The notes under the pieces were generated by a model that worked only from the letters and a program-made list of their open reading frames with translations, searched no databases and was not told the origin of the DNA. A stretch of DNA of 64,000 nucleotides from Eledone cirrhosa. Lineage: Eukaryota. The stretch spans positions 178,126,001-178,190,000 of the forward strand of contig OZ024741.1 of assembly GCA_964016885.1 (NCBI GenBank), given 5' to 3'. This document shows positions 38,327 to 51,924 of this stretch, piece after piece. Made by a program: the position numbers and the translations under genes. Numbering within the stretch: position 1 is the stretch's first letter; each line of letters begins with the position of its first letter.

Positions 38327-39876
38327 TTATATTTGTATATGTATGTATATATAGATATACAAATATATATATATATTTGTGTGTTTTCTTTGTTTGTGTG
38401 TCTGTGCTTGAGTAACTATCAATTAGACGGCCTCGAATTCCGCTTCAAAGGATCTCCCATTTCAAAACTAGAAATGACTTCTCGTGTAATTCAGAATATG
38501 TTATATAATATATTATATAGTATGAATTAACACTGCGACAAAAAATGACAATTCACCGCCTGCAAATTAGGAATCCATAAACAAGAAATGTCCCCTTTAC
38601 CCAATATAAAGAAGAAAGCTTAGAGCGAACTTTACCAAATTTTCATGTCTTTTTTATTCTACCAATGTTGCCAGTCAGAATGAGGGGGAAATTGCATTGG
38701 CAAAGAAAATGTTTTATAGAAATATTTAGGCAAAACCTGAATTCTTTGCACACACAATTTTTAATACCTTTTCAGACAGGTGTTACGTCCCTTGTCATGG
38801 ATTAGGACGATGATACAACCTGTTACGCCCGTTGTTTTAAAAAAAAGCACAATGACATTACACATGAAGTTAGAAAATTAGACATGAAGAAACTTTTGAA
38901 AACCTGTTTAAGGAAAACCGATCAAGTACATATTTTTAGCGTGAAAAAATAATTTTTTGTTATGTAATATATATGTAACCATTATATATTATAAACAAAT
39001 TAAAAAGTTAGGTAGTTCCTTCAGATCTTATAAGTTACTAGCTGCAGTACCCGGTAATACCCGGGAAAGGTGGGGGTATTTCCCATTTCTCAGAGTGCGC
39101 CTGAAAATGCTAGCAACCCTGGGTGCCCATACTAGATTTTCAATAGCAACCTTGCTAGGTGCGTCTATGGCAGAACAATTTTTAGCTGTTTAAGTCATAA
39201 ATCCTTCTTCCATCCAGCTTTCTTCATTCAGAGTGAATAAGCGGGGGAAGTTTGAGCTCGAAAAGTATCGAACCTATTCAACAAACTTATGTATATGAAT
39301 AGCAAACTTACTGCCTTAGCACTCAAGAACAAACACAGAACAATTGAGGAAGTCATAGCAATTATTGAAGAAATTATGACCGAGTGAACATACTCAGGTA
39401 CTGTTCAAGCACCCTGTATATCTCCGTTTGTAATGCCCTTCGAATGACTGAAGCAATTCAATGAAACCATCCCGTTTTCTCCCTATAGTAGACATAACCT
39501 GAGAAAACACACCATAATAAGTCGGATAAACAATCAGAAGAGTTGGCCCTAAAGAAAGCTTTGTACCGTTCATTGTTGCAACGTGTCAATAAAGGGGGTG
39601 TAGTTACAACTTCTTAATTCGTCTTAATCTCCCCACAAAATATCGACAAGATAAACTCTATTCTCAAAGACGTCATGTTACAATTAATATGCCGGGAGTA
39701 CGACTATTCGCCAACATACAATTTGAGTTTTATTCTTCGGACATCTCATGGTAAGCCAACTTCCAGGTCATTGATCGTCCCATTGTTTCGTAACTTCCCA
39801 CCGATTCCTGCAGTTGATCTTAATGTGACCTAAGCGTGTGCACGTGTGCACGTGTTCAGAATCCATATCAGCGTAT

Positions 39877-39966
<90 letters not shown>

Positions 39967-40281
39967 AAGACATCTGTTCAGTCGTCAACCAAAATTAAAC
40001 TGTGTGTCTGCTTTGTTTGAAATGTTTTATGTATATTTCTAATAAGTTATTGCTCCTTTTGGAGGACTGGGTGGTGGGAGTAGGAAGGGGAGTGGTGAGA
40101 GGGATGGCTTAACATACAGTAGTAGTATCTCCTCTTCCCCTCTCTCACTGAAACGTTCCTCCATTGTAAAGATGTCCAATTACGCAGTCCTGTTTCTGAA
40201 TATTAGATTAACATGTGTGTAAAGTTTCATCAGGATCGAATCACTAGTGTAGGCGCCAACTGATTATACACAGTACACAGA

Positions 40282-42780
40282 TACAAAAACAGACCCGATC
40301 CCTAAAGTCCAACCTATCCTCAACGTGGCAGGGCGGTGGTAACGGGTAGTGTTGGAGCTATGCCGTCCGGAAATTCGGTTCCTGGTAGGGCCACCCAAGG
40401 AGGATTGGTCTGGCACCCAGCGGCATTAGGGCCGCAACCCGGCAAAAGGGGCTCTCGTGAAAATCGAAGAGGTGTCAGTTCCAGAAACCGGCGGCTTCGG
40501 GTAGTTTATGTCCCTGCGTCTGTGGAGAATCAGCGGCGAACAAGACGTTTTTTTTTTTTCTTTTTTCTCGTTCGGGATATACATGCGTGTTTTGGGGGGA
40601 CCGCTTCTGAATTCACTACTACTCCCATGACACTTCTTCCATGAATCCTACAAATACGAACTATGAATACGAATTACCTTCCCGCTACGAACGCAATGGA
40701 AAACAACAACACTCCTACCGCTATGGCTCTACAGACTACTCCCGCAGTAGTCCCGCTCTTCAGACGAAGGAAGGAATTGAGGGTGGCGTGCTGGAACGTC
40801 CGAACACTTCGTGACGACAGTGTTCCAGGCACTTACAAAGAAGGCTCTGCACAGGTACTGCGTTAGTGTCGCTTGCCTTTCAGAAGTTCGACTTCCCGAT
40901 GTTGGTCATCTTCCTATCAAAGTTCCTGGCGAGGACATCTCCTACCACTTGTACCATAGTGGCGTGACTGACAACAGTGGCCTTCCCGGGGTCGCTGTAG
41001 CCCTCAGCCCCGACTCGCAAGCGGCTCTGCTGGCGTGGAAGCCGATATCACACCGATTCGCGCTGGTTCGATTGAAGAGTCAAATCTCCAGCGTCAGCGT
41101 AATTTCCGTCTACGCTCTCACACTCAATGCGGACGAGGCGGACAAGACGCGGTTCTATGCCGATCTCCAAACAACCGTGGATGGCGACTCTCCAGTGATG
41201 TTCTCATTGTCACGTGGACAGGGCCGGCTGATGATACAACACTGCATATTCGAGGACGTTTCGCCCTAGGCGTACGCTGTGACAATAGTGAACAGCTCGT
41301 ATCTTTCGCGTATGCCAATCGTCTTATCATCACTAACACCCGGTTCCAACATCCTCGGCGTCACCTCGTCACGTGGCGATCCAATGACGGAAGAAGAACA
41401 GCCAATCAGATTGCCTACATCCTGGTCAGATCTCGTTGGGCCAGCTCAGTGATGGACTCGCGTGCATATCGAGGGGCTGATACGGGCAGTGAGCATGGGT
41501 CAGACCATACTCTTGTTCGAGCTTCCCTTCGTCTGAGACTGCCGGCGAAACCTCCTCCCAACCGCCAGAAAAGGATCGACATCTCGCAACTCAAGCTCGA
41601 TGCTGGAAATAATTTCCGGCTAGAGCTGCGAAACCGATTCCAAATGCTGAGTAACGGAGTGGAACAACAACCGGAGCAGGAGTGGAACGCGCTCAGGGCG
41701 GCGACGGTTGAGGTGGCCAGAGGCCATCTCGGGTCGACCCAAAGACGCCATCGGGACTGGATCTCCGGGGTCACTCTTGAACTCGCAGAGAGGACGAGAG
41801 TGGCCCGACTCGAAGGTGCACCCAATCTTCGAGATCTCCGACATCTCCAATCTCGGGATATACGGGCCGATCGGAATGCACACTGGCGCGAATCGTGGTG
41901 ATGGATTAGGCCTACGCGGTTGACATCGTGCTGATGGGCGCTAACGGGACAGATGTACAAGGTGCTCTCGAAAGGGTGCACTCTGCAGCCGCCGCTGTTG
42001 GTCTACGAATCAATGCCGCCAAGTCGAAAGTCATGACGTCACTGGTCTCGCCTGATGCCTGGCAGCCAATATTTCTCGAGGGCGTGGACCTGGAGGATGT
42101 GGGTCCTTCGTTTACCTGGGATCAACAGTAGTCCCAACAGGACAGGGCGCAGCCGAGGTCAAACGTCGCATAGGAGCTACCAGATCCGCTTTTGGGCGCC
42201 TCCAGCGGTGTCTGTGGAACAGAGGAGAGATCACCTCGGCGACCAAAGGGCGAATCTACCAGGCCGTCGTTCGCACTATCCTCCTCTATGGCTGTGAAAC
42301 ATGGCCTATGAGGGTAGTCGATCAACGGGGGCTGGAAGTCTTCGATAATGACTGTCTCCGCCGCATTCTTCGCTGCCGACGCGTTGATCGGGTACCTACC
42401 GCTAGTCTTCGTCTTCGCCTGAATCTTCGACCCCTTCCTTCAGTGCTTCTGCAACCGCGCTTGAGATGGTTTGGTCACTTAGCCCGGCGCCTGAGGGTGA
42501 GCTGATCCGCGATGTTCTCCTCCCACCTCCACTCCCTAATTGGCGCAAGCACGTTGGCGGGCAGCTGAAGACCTGGGCAACGACGATCAAGGAGGACCTC
42601 TCCGAACTCTCAGGTCCGCAGGTGGTCGGCCTGCGCCGATGGAACCGTGACTGGCTCGCTATCTCTAGTGACCTAGCCCGGGACCGTCGTACGTCGGCTG
42701 CCATGGTTCTGGATGCCGTCAGGACAAGGGAAGAAGCCGGCTCAACCCGCCCAGGGTGAATGTCGACACAAGTACAAGTA
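40282..42780 (+). mobile_element. RTE-clade LINE with large internal deletion
   Basis: LRVACWNVRTL, LSEVR, ISVYA, TWRSNDG, GSDH (APE); jump at ~41895 to AYAVDIVL, F.YLGS, LLYGCETW, RLRWFGH; (ACAAGT)n tail; candidate TSD agtacacaga at 40272 and 42780. Confidence 0.85.
40299..40356 (+). ncRNA. Degenerate HDV-like ribozyme at the RTE 5' end
   Basis: P2 tccaac/gttgga, P3 cta/tgg, L3 tcctcaacg, P1 ccct/aggg, P1.1 gg, short P4; catalytic C not evident. Confidence 0.4.
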
Positions 42781-43419
42781 GTACACAGACAGACAGAAAT
42801 AGCCATTTATACAGTAGATTTAATGATGATAATATTAAACATTATATAAGGTTACCGTCAGGCCTCATGTGGGAGGTAAACTATTTGACTGGCCATTACA
42901 GATATACATTTTCGTTAACATATAGAGAGAACATAGAATGTGAAAATGCAATTTTGGTTATTTCGAAAGATTCTGTATTAATGTGCCAAGAAATTTGATG
43001 ATTATGCATATAACTGTTTTTACTCTTACTTTTTTCAGCTGTGTTTACAGACTTTTCAAAACGATATTCGTTGTAGTCCTTCGAAAAATGTTTTTGGCTC
43101 TTGTTTATTTAACGCTGAACACAACCAACGCTATTAGTTTTATCATTGTCGCGTATTTCGCCGAGAATATATTTCATTACAAAGGACTTCGTGTTTCTTT
43201 AATTTAAAAAAAATGTTTTATGCGCATAAAAAATTGTGTGTTGGCTGAATTTACTTATAAAACTTTTCTCTATATTAATAGGTTTTTCATGAGTGAAAGT
43301 TTCCCTACGCTGGTAGGATGGGAAGACATCGAAATTTGGCAGAATTATTCATCCACATTCTTCTATATGTTGGCTTAGACAGCCTGTTTGTTCAATATCG
43401 ACGCAGCCTTTACAAATTA

Positions 43420-43510
43420 TAATTGTCTCTATATTGGGCACAAGGCCAGCAATTACCCAGTACATTACTGGTACTTTATTTTATCGACCCCGTAAAGATG
43501 AAAGGCAAAG
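43420..43510 (-). mobile_element. SINE S1 3' fragment
   Basis: ggcacaaggccagcaatt..ttatcgaccccgtaaagatgaaaggcaaag. Confidence 0.7.
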
Positions 43511-44700
43511 CCTTTACAAATTATAATGTATAATAGAATCTTCGAGTTGCACGAGAAGGTATTTTTAATTTTTAGGATGGGACAATCTTTGAAATTAAAT
43601 TCACAGCCCTCTAACAGATAGTTGTCTACTACGCAATGAGGTCGATTGCATGTGTTTACTTCGGGTTCTTTAGTAATGATTTGCAGTTTTGCATTCGGTA
43701 ACATCTTTTTTCGTGAATTTGGTTGTCATTTACTTTTTGCGATTGGTGTTTTTGAAAGACGTTTTTCATTTTCTTGTCCTTTAATAAGATAAGTAAGTTT
43801 ACTTGTATGCGTGTGTATCCCTCTGTGTTCTTTGGATTCAAAGTTGACGTGTGTGCTATGACCTTTTTCTTGTTTTGGTTTTGTTTCTCAGGATGTTTGG
43901 ATATTGATATGATTTGTTTTTTTTTGTTTTTTTTATTATTGTTGATTAAGTTCTGAGGATATTTGTTTCATCTGTTCTAGTCTGTGAACTCTAGTTGTTG
44001 GTTTTGTGTCTACTGCCCAGATTTGTTTGGCTAATTTTAAAGTCTGTGGGTAACGTGTGATGGACGAGAAGATGAAAAAGGAGGTATTGTCGGAAGTCAG
44101 TAGCTTGGAAATATATATCAGTCTCTAACGTTCTGTTTTTTGTTTTGTTATTAGAATATCTAAATTTAGAAATGTTGTAATTGCTAAAATCCATAGTGAA
44201 TTATATATTCTAGTTTATATCATTTGAAATTTATTTAGTTAATCAAGATTCACCTTCGACAATATGAAGCAGTCGTACAAGTAATTCTTCCAGTTTCCAT
44301 TTATGTAGTCGCCGAGACTATTCCCATAAATCAGTTCTGTATATTTGGGGTTGTTTTTTTTGTGTAATATATTTATTCGTGGTATCCCATGACTAGTTTG
44401 TTTTATGTTGGCGTATAGATATTACAATACGTATGTGAATGTGTGTGTGTCATATGTTCTATTCTTAAAATCGGAAAATTATTATCTCCATGTAAATTCA
44501 TACAGACCATTATTAAATAGTATTTTTGTTATATTGAATTTTATAAATAATGTCAATTCTGAGACCTTTGTTATGTAAATTGCGCTAGCTTTAGAATTGA
44601 AAGTGAGGCTTTATATAAAGTGCTGTATACATTATCTCACTAAATCAAGATATCAGCTGAAATAGGTGGCGAACATATAATTCTACTTAACTATATTATA
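43511..44700 (-). pseudogene. Old PLE remnant (RT thumb + start of GIY-YIG)
   Basis: ETDIYFQATDFRQYLLF and NTFSCNSKILLYIIICKG resemble PLE TDIYYK.T..QYL and F.C.S.N.IY.I.C motifs. Confidence 0.5.
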
Positions 44701-45330
44701 TTTTCTTCAACGTTTCTTTTGCGTCATTTGCATTTAAATCCAAAGTTATATAAGGTTTCGTAGAGTATTTTAAATGAAACTATATTGTATCGCTTCGATT
44801 TCTTACTTTACATATGTTATTTCTCAAATTAGAATCATTTTTGTAAGTAAATTATTCTCTTATTTTTTTCTAACTTGGTTCACTAGAATATGTCTATGGT
44901 AGGAGACCACGTTCAATGGTGGGACTTAATTGAAGCATAATTTATTTCAATCTTAAACTTATTTTATCCATTATCACAACATAAACAAGACTTTAGATCA
45001 ATGTACCCTGACACACACACACCTTCACACTCTCACACCTTCACACTCTCACACACTCATATATATATATGTGTGTGTGTGTGTATTATTTAATATAATA
45101 AAGAGAGACAAACACAGATGTATATACATATATGCGTTCAAATCACAAGGGACCTAAAGCATATTGTATAAATCTATGCTTGAAGCGAAATCCTATTTCT
45201 TTTCTATTATAAGTTGATCCAACTTATGCAGCTTCATATGCAAATGAGATTAATCACCTCATTTACTCAGACGAGAAAACTATATATTCTCGGCTGTCTT
45301 CTAGTCCAGCAGTCGCAAGCAGTGGGAAGC

Positions 45331-45374
45331 ATCGTCCTGACGAAGGCCAGTTAAGCCTGAAATGCATAGACGGT
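45331..45374 (+). ncRNA. Canonical type I hammerhead ribozyme, solo
   Basis: atcgtc-CTGACGA-aggc cagttaa gcct-GAAA-tgca-TA-gacggt; palindromic stem III ATGCAT. Confidence 0.82.
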
Positions 45375-45660
45375 TGTCCCCTTTGCTTCTGCTGGACACC
45401 ACCAGAGGGCGTTAGCTCCCCCCCCCCCCGCCGGTGTTTGCATAGCTATGGCTTCCGCTATATATATAGGGAGTGTAACGTGCAGTTACTGTAGGTTCAT
45501 CCGTGTGACCACTGCCATTACCTCAGCGAGGTCCGACGAGCTTTTGATTCCAGAATCAGGCTAGATCAATACAGATCGAACCTTCAGCTGATCAGTAGCC
45601 AAATGTGCATTACTACCCAATAGACGTAATGAAGACATAACAAATTGTCCTTTTATTATG

Positions 45661-45700
<40 letters not shown>

Positions 45701-45701
45701 T

Positions 45702-45773
<72 letters not shown>

Positions 45774-48555
45774 GTGTACAGTACTGGTTCTCAATATTAC
45801 ATATATAGTTTTTAGTAGTTTTCTTTCTTTGAACAACTTTCCTGAATAGATACACACTATCTAGTTCTCTCTTTTAGGAAACCTGAAAAGAATGTAATAT
45901 GTTTAACTCAATAGTGACGTTCAAAAGGCGAAACAAAAAAACCATTCTACTTTTTCATAAAGGTATTCATTTTTCTCTCATATATTACATACATTTATAT
46001 TCTTTGTTTATGTATTTCATAGGTTTTTGTGTATGTCTGCATGTGTGTAATATCATCAGTTGTATGATGCATCTACTTAATTAAAACAATACGCTGTATG
46101 GTTATCTGTTAAAATATTGGCAAAATAAGTTTCGTCTCAAAAATAGAAAATGTAAGAGGATTATTTCATTGCAACTAAACATAACACAATAGAGCAGACA
46201 TCTGTACAGCGAAAAATCTAAATGAAAAAAACTTACATTGTTGTATAATATAAATATCTAAAACAAAATATTTTGTATTAAAACTTCCGTAGCAACATAT
46301 ATTTGTATATTTTGATACTTTTATTTTGAAAATCTTTCTTTTGACACTTTTTTTTACGATTATCGTATTTATCTGTGAAAATAATGAGCTGTCTCTACTA
46401 AGAGATTTTGTTTTATTTTGTTCTCAAGAGCTATATTGAATAATTTATTCTGCTTATCTTCAAAATGCCATATTTAAATACTGTTATTGCTTAGAAGAAT
46501 TTATACATTTTTATTTTGTACCTAGACTCTTCAGTAGACATAGAGTTAGTTTTCTTTGTTTTAGTCAGGAAGCCAAGTTAACTGTACTTGAGCTAAATTT
46601 TAACAGATAAAGTAATTATAACGTCCTACAAAAGTAGCAACTCATAACTTTGACTAGTTGTTTTCATTTTATCGTCCTAAATTTATAAATCAACAAAACT
46701 TCGAGAAATTTGAAAGAGCAAATTAAGTTTGTCGTAATCTTATTGAAATATTTACATTGAGACTGATTCGTTGTGTATATAAATCATTGAATCTCAAATA
46801 TGAAGCCTCGTGGCTACAATATTGGCTAATTACAAACAAACATGTTTTTTTTATCTCGTGATACATATTTGATCTACTTGATATGAAGATAGGTACAATA
46901 TTTGTATATGGCGGCAAATTATCAGAGTCGTTGGAGTTTGAGCTGTTTCACTGTTCACCAAGGTCTATTTTGTCACTACCCTTAACTGTGGCAAATTTAA
47001 TGTGTCAGTACAAATGTTTCATCCAATGACATATTTCGTTATTTGGTACAGTTCTTTGCTTTCTGAGTTCTGTTTGTGGCTGCTTTAGTTCAACCTTTTA
47101 TTCAGCACGAGCACCCGGTTTTACAAGCATTCCCAATTACGTTACACTACTCTTTGAAGTATTCAAAACATAAACGATCACGGGTACTGATTCTTGAACT
47201 ATTACTCTTCTATAAAAAGAATATCACTAACAGACTTTATCCTATTCTAAAAGCCTCCAGTTGTGGCACTAAATAGACACATAAGTTAGATTTGAGCTTT
47301 TATCTATAATCAGTTTGAAGTCGGATGATGGTTTTCATTTTACCATGTGCTCTGTTAGCTACGTATGTTGTATTCAGATTTTCTAATTGATATTTATTAC
47401 ATACACTATCGCTGACTATCACTTTGATGTGCTGCATTCACTCATATAAACCTTATCCGCACCCGTTGGTACTATAATTTCTCTAATTGTTTGTAAACAA
47501 CATTCCGTTCTATGTCAAATATATTGTCTCATATATTCCTTCTTTAATTTCTTTAGTTGCTCATGTTTAGCCCAAAGTCAGACGTGATCGAACATATGTA
47601 ATGTGATGTATACTGTTGGTCTGATTATGATGAACTATCATGTAACGCGTTCATAGCTGACCAACAACTTTCACCGTCAAATATGATATCTAGGACTTCG
47701 TTGTAGAGTGTGTATTGACTTCATTGTAGAGATTGCGGTGGTAGGAGAATAAAGTATTCGACATGTATTTATAGCAGGTAGAAGCTTCACTTAAAATACA
47801 TCCCTTCGACTAGGATATATTTCACTGTGACAAATAAGGATTAATATGGTTAGAAATAGCGATGTTCACTGTTCTTGCTCATTTATTGCGTGAAGTTGAA
47901 TTTCTTGTTTTTGTGGTATTTGGAGGTGTCTCTCTCTCTCTCTCTCTCTTGCATATTATGAGTTTAAGTTCCATTAAACAAAACTTTTATTCTCATTCCG
48001 GTTATCCAATTTGATTAAACATGAGCTTCGCCTTCATGTTTGACGTATAGAACCCTGTAGTTATACATGTGTCATGCAGAGCGCCCGCTTGTGAAATATA
48101 TCAATATCATTAGAAACAGTATTAATAGTACAATTATCACTGTTCGATTCATCGTACAATTATCATTAAAGTGCTGTTGCTACTAGACTATTTACAGACA
48201 CTGTTATTATTCCAGCTACTATTCTTGTTCCAGTTGCTTCTAATAAACTCTCAATAGCAAAGTTATATTTATAGTTTGATCTCTTGATGATACGATAACT
48301 GATTTATATCTTAATGTATCTTATCAAGGAGTCAACACGTTGAGAATGTGGCTTTACTACGTTATTATTACTTGACGCACACATTGAACCGGAATTATCA
48401 AAAGTTTAATTTAAGCCTCCATCTTTAATGAAATGTTTCTTTCTTTCTTTCATTTCGCTGAAGTCTTAATGGACATCACATGATGATGTTTCTTTTCTTT
48501 CAGCCTCATAACCGTGTGCTTCATTCCCTCTCAACATCTCTCTCTCATATGTAAA

Positions 48556-48719
<164 letters not shown>

Positions 48720-49232
48720 CATATATATATATACATGTATGTATTTATGTATGAATGTATGTGTGTATGTATGTATATATGTTTGTATGTATGTATGTAT
48801 GCTTGTATAAATATGTTCCCCCTCTTTCTTTTTCTCGAGATCAATTATTGTGTTTTCCCACGTTCTCACATAAAGTTAAAACAGATATGTTGTGTCCATT
48901 GTTTTTTTGTAATTTCTGATCAAATGTTATAAGTGTTATATCTTCTGTTCAACATACAAACACAAAGAAATAAGTTTCAATTAGATTTAAATTCTGTTGA
49001 AAAGAATACAATACATTTAAAAAATAATAATGCAGGTTTCAATAACACTGTTAAGTGATTAAATTGTACAGAGGATATAAAGTGGTGACAAAAATAAGCA
49101 TAGAAAACATTAGAAAAACATAGAAAGTTTCAGTTTCAATAGAAAGCCATATTATGTTTTCATATTTATTTAGTTCCATTCATCTAATGGACGTCTTTCC
49201 GCTAATAAATAAACACACACAAATGTATATGA

Positions 49233-49355
<123 letters not shown>

Positions 49356-49978
49356 AAATATACGTATATGAGATTAGAGCAAACATCACGGGCGCTCTAT
49401 CTCAAACTTATTTCTGAAAAGCATTAGAAATACGCAACCGGTAAAAACTTAAAACCAAATCTGAATACTAACCAAAACATATTACTAAGTTTTACTTATT
49501 CCTAATTAAACTATTTTTCACTGGGAACAATTTGTCAGCATTTTCTTTTCTTTTTACCAGTATATATATATATATATATATATATTGTTATACTTTGGGA
49601 GGGTCACGTTGCCAATAAGAAACACACGCACCATTGCTTTCACTTCAATATATTATAATAAATTTATAAATTTAGGAATTTATAAATTTCCGGTTGGTTG
49701 GTTGGTTCCATAATCAGATGGTTGTTTATATATTGTCAAAGTTCTTTCGTCACACATTCTGTGACCTCTTCAGTGACTGGGGATTCTTTTCTTTGTTTTT
49801 GTGCCTCTCCTTTGTTCTGTACTATGCCATTTGGTTTCTGTGTGTGTGTTGTGTGCTCAGTCTGCGCATGCGCCACATCCGGGTGTCTGTGTGTGTTTAT
49901 ATTCGTTTATTTATTTGTTTATTTACATGATACAGGTTGGTTGTTTGTTCTATGTGCGTGTGTGTTTTCATTTTGTCC

Positions 49979-50641
49979 TTAATTGTAAGTTGTGATGTTG
50001 CTGTTCCACTCATATTTTCTATTTAATTTGGGTTGTAATTCTTTTATGTTTATTGCCTCTGTGATTTGTCTAAACATTGCGTCTTTTCTGTGTGTAGATT
50101 CTATTTTTATTTCTATGTTCTCTAATTTACCCTTATGTTCTATTTTAGCATGTTGGTAGAGTACAGATGATTCTTTACTATCTTGAAGGTCTCGCCAGTG
50201 TTCATTTATCCGTTCCCCTACACTACGAGCTGTCTCACCTATGTAACCTATATTTTTGTCTCTACATTGTCCTTCAGTACATCTTATGCTATATACTACA
50301 TTTCTAGTTTTACAGTTAATATGGGGGCTTAATTTACAGGTTATACATTTCTTATCTATACAGGGGGGTCTTTGAAAAGGGTATGTCTTGCTAATAAGTT
50401 TTTTTACGGAGGTATCTGGTCTTACTACTATCTTAATATTGAGTTTATGTTTATCTAGGGCCCTTCTAAATTTGTAAGCTAATTCACCTCTAAGGGTTGT
50501 ATCGATGAACATTACACTCTGGTAGTTATTGCTATCATACCATGAGTTTATTCTATTAGCCTTATTCCTAGTTCTTTCTATTATATTCCAAAATTTGCTC
50601 CTATACAAGGGGCAGGTCCCATTTGTGTCATTATTTACCAT
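49979..50641 (-). pseudogene. PLE 3' fragment: GIY-YIG endonuclease
   Basis: C..KKCITC..INCKTRNVVYSIRC..YIGETARSVGERINEH..S.LYQH..RQITEAINI..P.LN.K.EW. Confidence 0.82.
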
Positions 50642-51247
50642 TTTTTTCCCATTTGGTTCTGGCTCCTCTATACACTCTGATTTTATCTCTCTGATTGTAA
50701 CCAGAGAACTGCATACGGTGGAAGAAGTGTTGTATGTGTCTCTCTAGTTCTTCGGGGTTGCACATGCGGGACACGTTTCTCATCACCCGTACCAAATCCG
50801 CAATCAGTATGTTGATTTTGGTATGGTCCGAAACAGCTGAGTTTCAGTGGATCAGATATTTGGAAGTCATGGGTTTGGCATAATTGGAATGGAGGATTTG
50901 TTTTTTGTTATTAATGGTATCTAACCAGAGCTCTTTCAACGTGTTAACCAATTGCACTAAAGTGACACCACGATCTCTTTACATTATTGTTAACATTTGT
51001 ACTGTCTGATAAATAAAAGTGTTAGTATAAGAGGAAATATTTGCCAGTGGCTCTGTAAGGCAATTGGGTAGGTCTGCACAATGGTTAAATGCAGGTGTTG
51101 GTACGAATCATACGGCTGTCGATGTAAATGTTTTCCATATCCTGTGTTTATATGCACTACCTATTAATAGTCAATCAGCGTTAATGCTCCTTACATTCAA
51201 TTTAAAAACCTTCTATTGCGTAACTGTATTAAAAAGAGATTGTTTAT

Positions 51248-51311
<64 letters not shown>

Positions 51312-51520
51312 TAAAATAGATTGTTTCTACCGATATATATATAGAGAGAGTGATTTTGAGTATGTGTTGGTTGTATATCAACACCAAAGTATGCAGGCTG
51401 GTGCATGATTCCAGTTCTTCAGTAAAATAACAACCCAACCAGGAACTGGGCATATCAGAGTATTGACAAAATTATACACCTCAACAACATATGTACTTGT
51501 CTATACCGCGCTAAATCGGA

Positions 51521-51575
51521 CTGCCTGAAGAGGTCACAGCCAAAGAAGGCTGTCACCGAAATATATATATAGCGA
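51521..51575 (+). ncRNA. Type I hammerhead motif in solo element 51350-51615
   Basis: gc-CTGAAGA-ggt c acagcc aaagaa ggctgt c acc-GAAA-tatatata-TA-gc; same family as 28617-28673. Confidence 0.68.
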
Positions 51576-51651
51576 AGCTAAATTTTAAACATTTGACTTA
51601 TTTATTTTACTTTATTTTATATATATATATAAATATAAATAAATATGTATG

Positions 51652-51840
51652 TATAGTGGTAGAACACTGGAAGGTTATATACGTAGTGGTAGCGCACTCA
51701 GTCCGTGGAACGAGTTAGGTAGAAGTGGTTACCCAACAGTTAGTTCACCATAGCAAGAATAATTGTTTCACCTTAGCGGATCCTCAGCTCGTAAATCCTT
51801 GGCAGGTCCATCCAGTAGTGAAGTGGTTCGGCACCACTAT
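51652..51840 (-). mobile_element. Solo pLTR of the PLE-2 family with hammerhead motif at 51754-51791
   Basis: Minus: cgag-CTGAGGA-tcc gctaa ggt-GAAA-caatta-TT-cttg, then ctatggtgaactaactgttg as at 28487-28510; a related end occurs at 57500-57541. Confidence 0.65.
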
Positions 51841-51861
51841 ATACATATCTATATATGTATG

Positions 51862-51919
<58 letters not shown>

Positions 51920-51924
<5 letters not shown>

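Larger units (their letters stand above)
39036..42820 (+). mobile_element. Helitron/Helentron-associated-like non-autonomous element interrupted by an RTE
   Basis: 5' tactagc..acccggtaatacccggg; 3' aaagtttcatcaggatcg...acagacagacag...atttatacagtagat. These are the usual ends of such elements; the assignment is by pattern. Confidence 0.45.

Noticed and set aside
46100-48500. Possible host exons in microsatellite-poor stretch
   Set aside because: No sustained ORF or recognisable motif in the frames I examined.
49410-49450. Hammerhead-like ttt-CTGAAAA..GCAA-ccgg-TA-aaa
   Set aside because: Several core mismatches; at best a dead copy.
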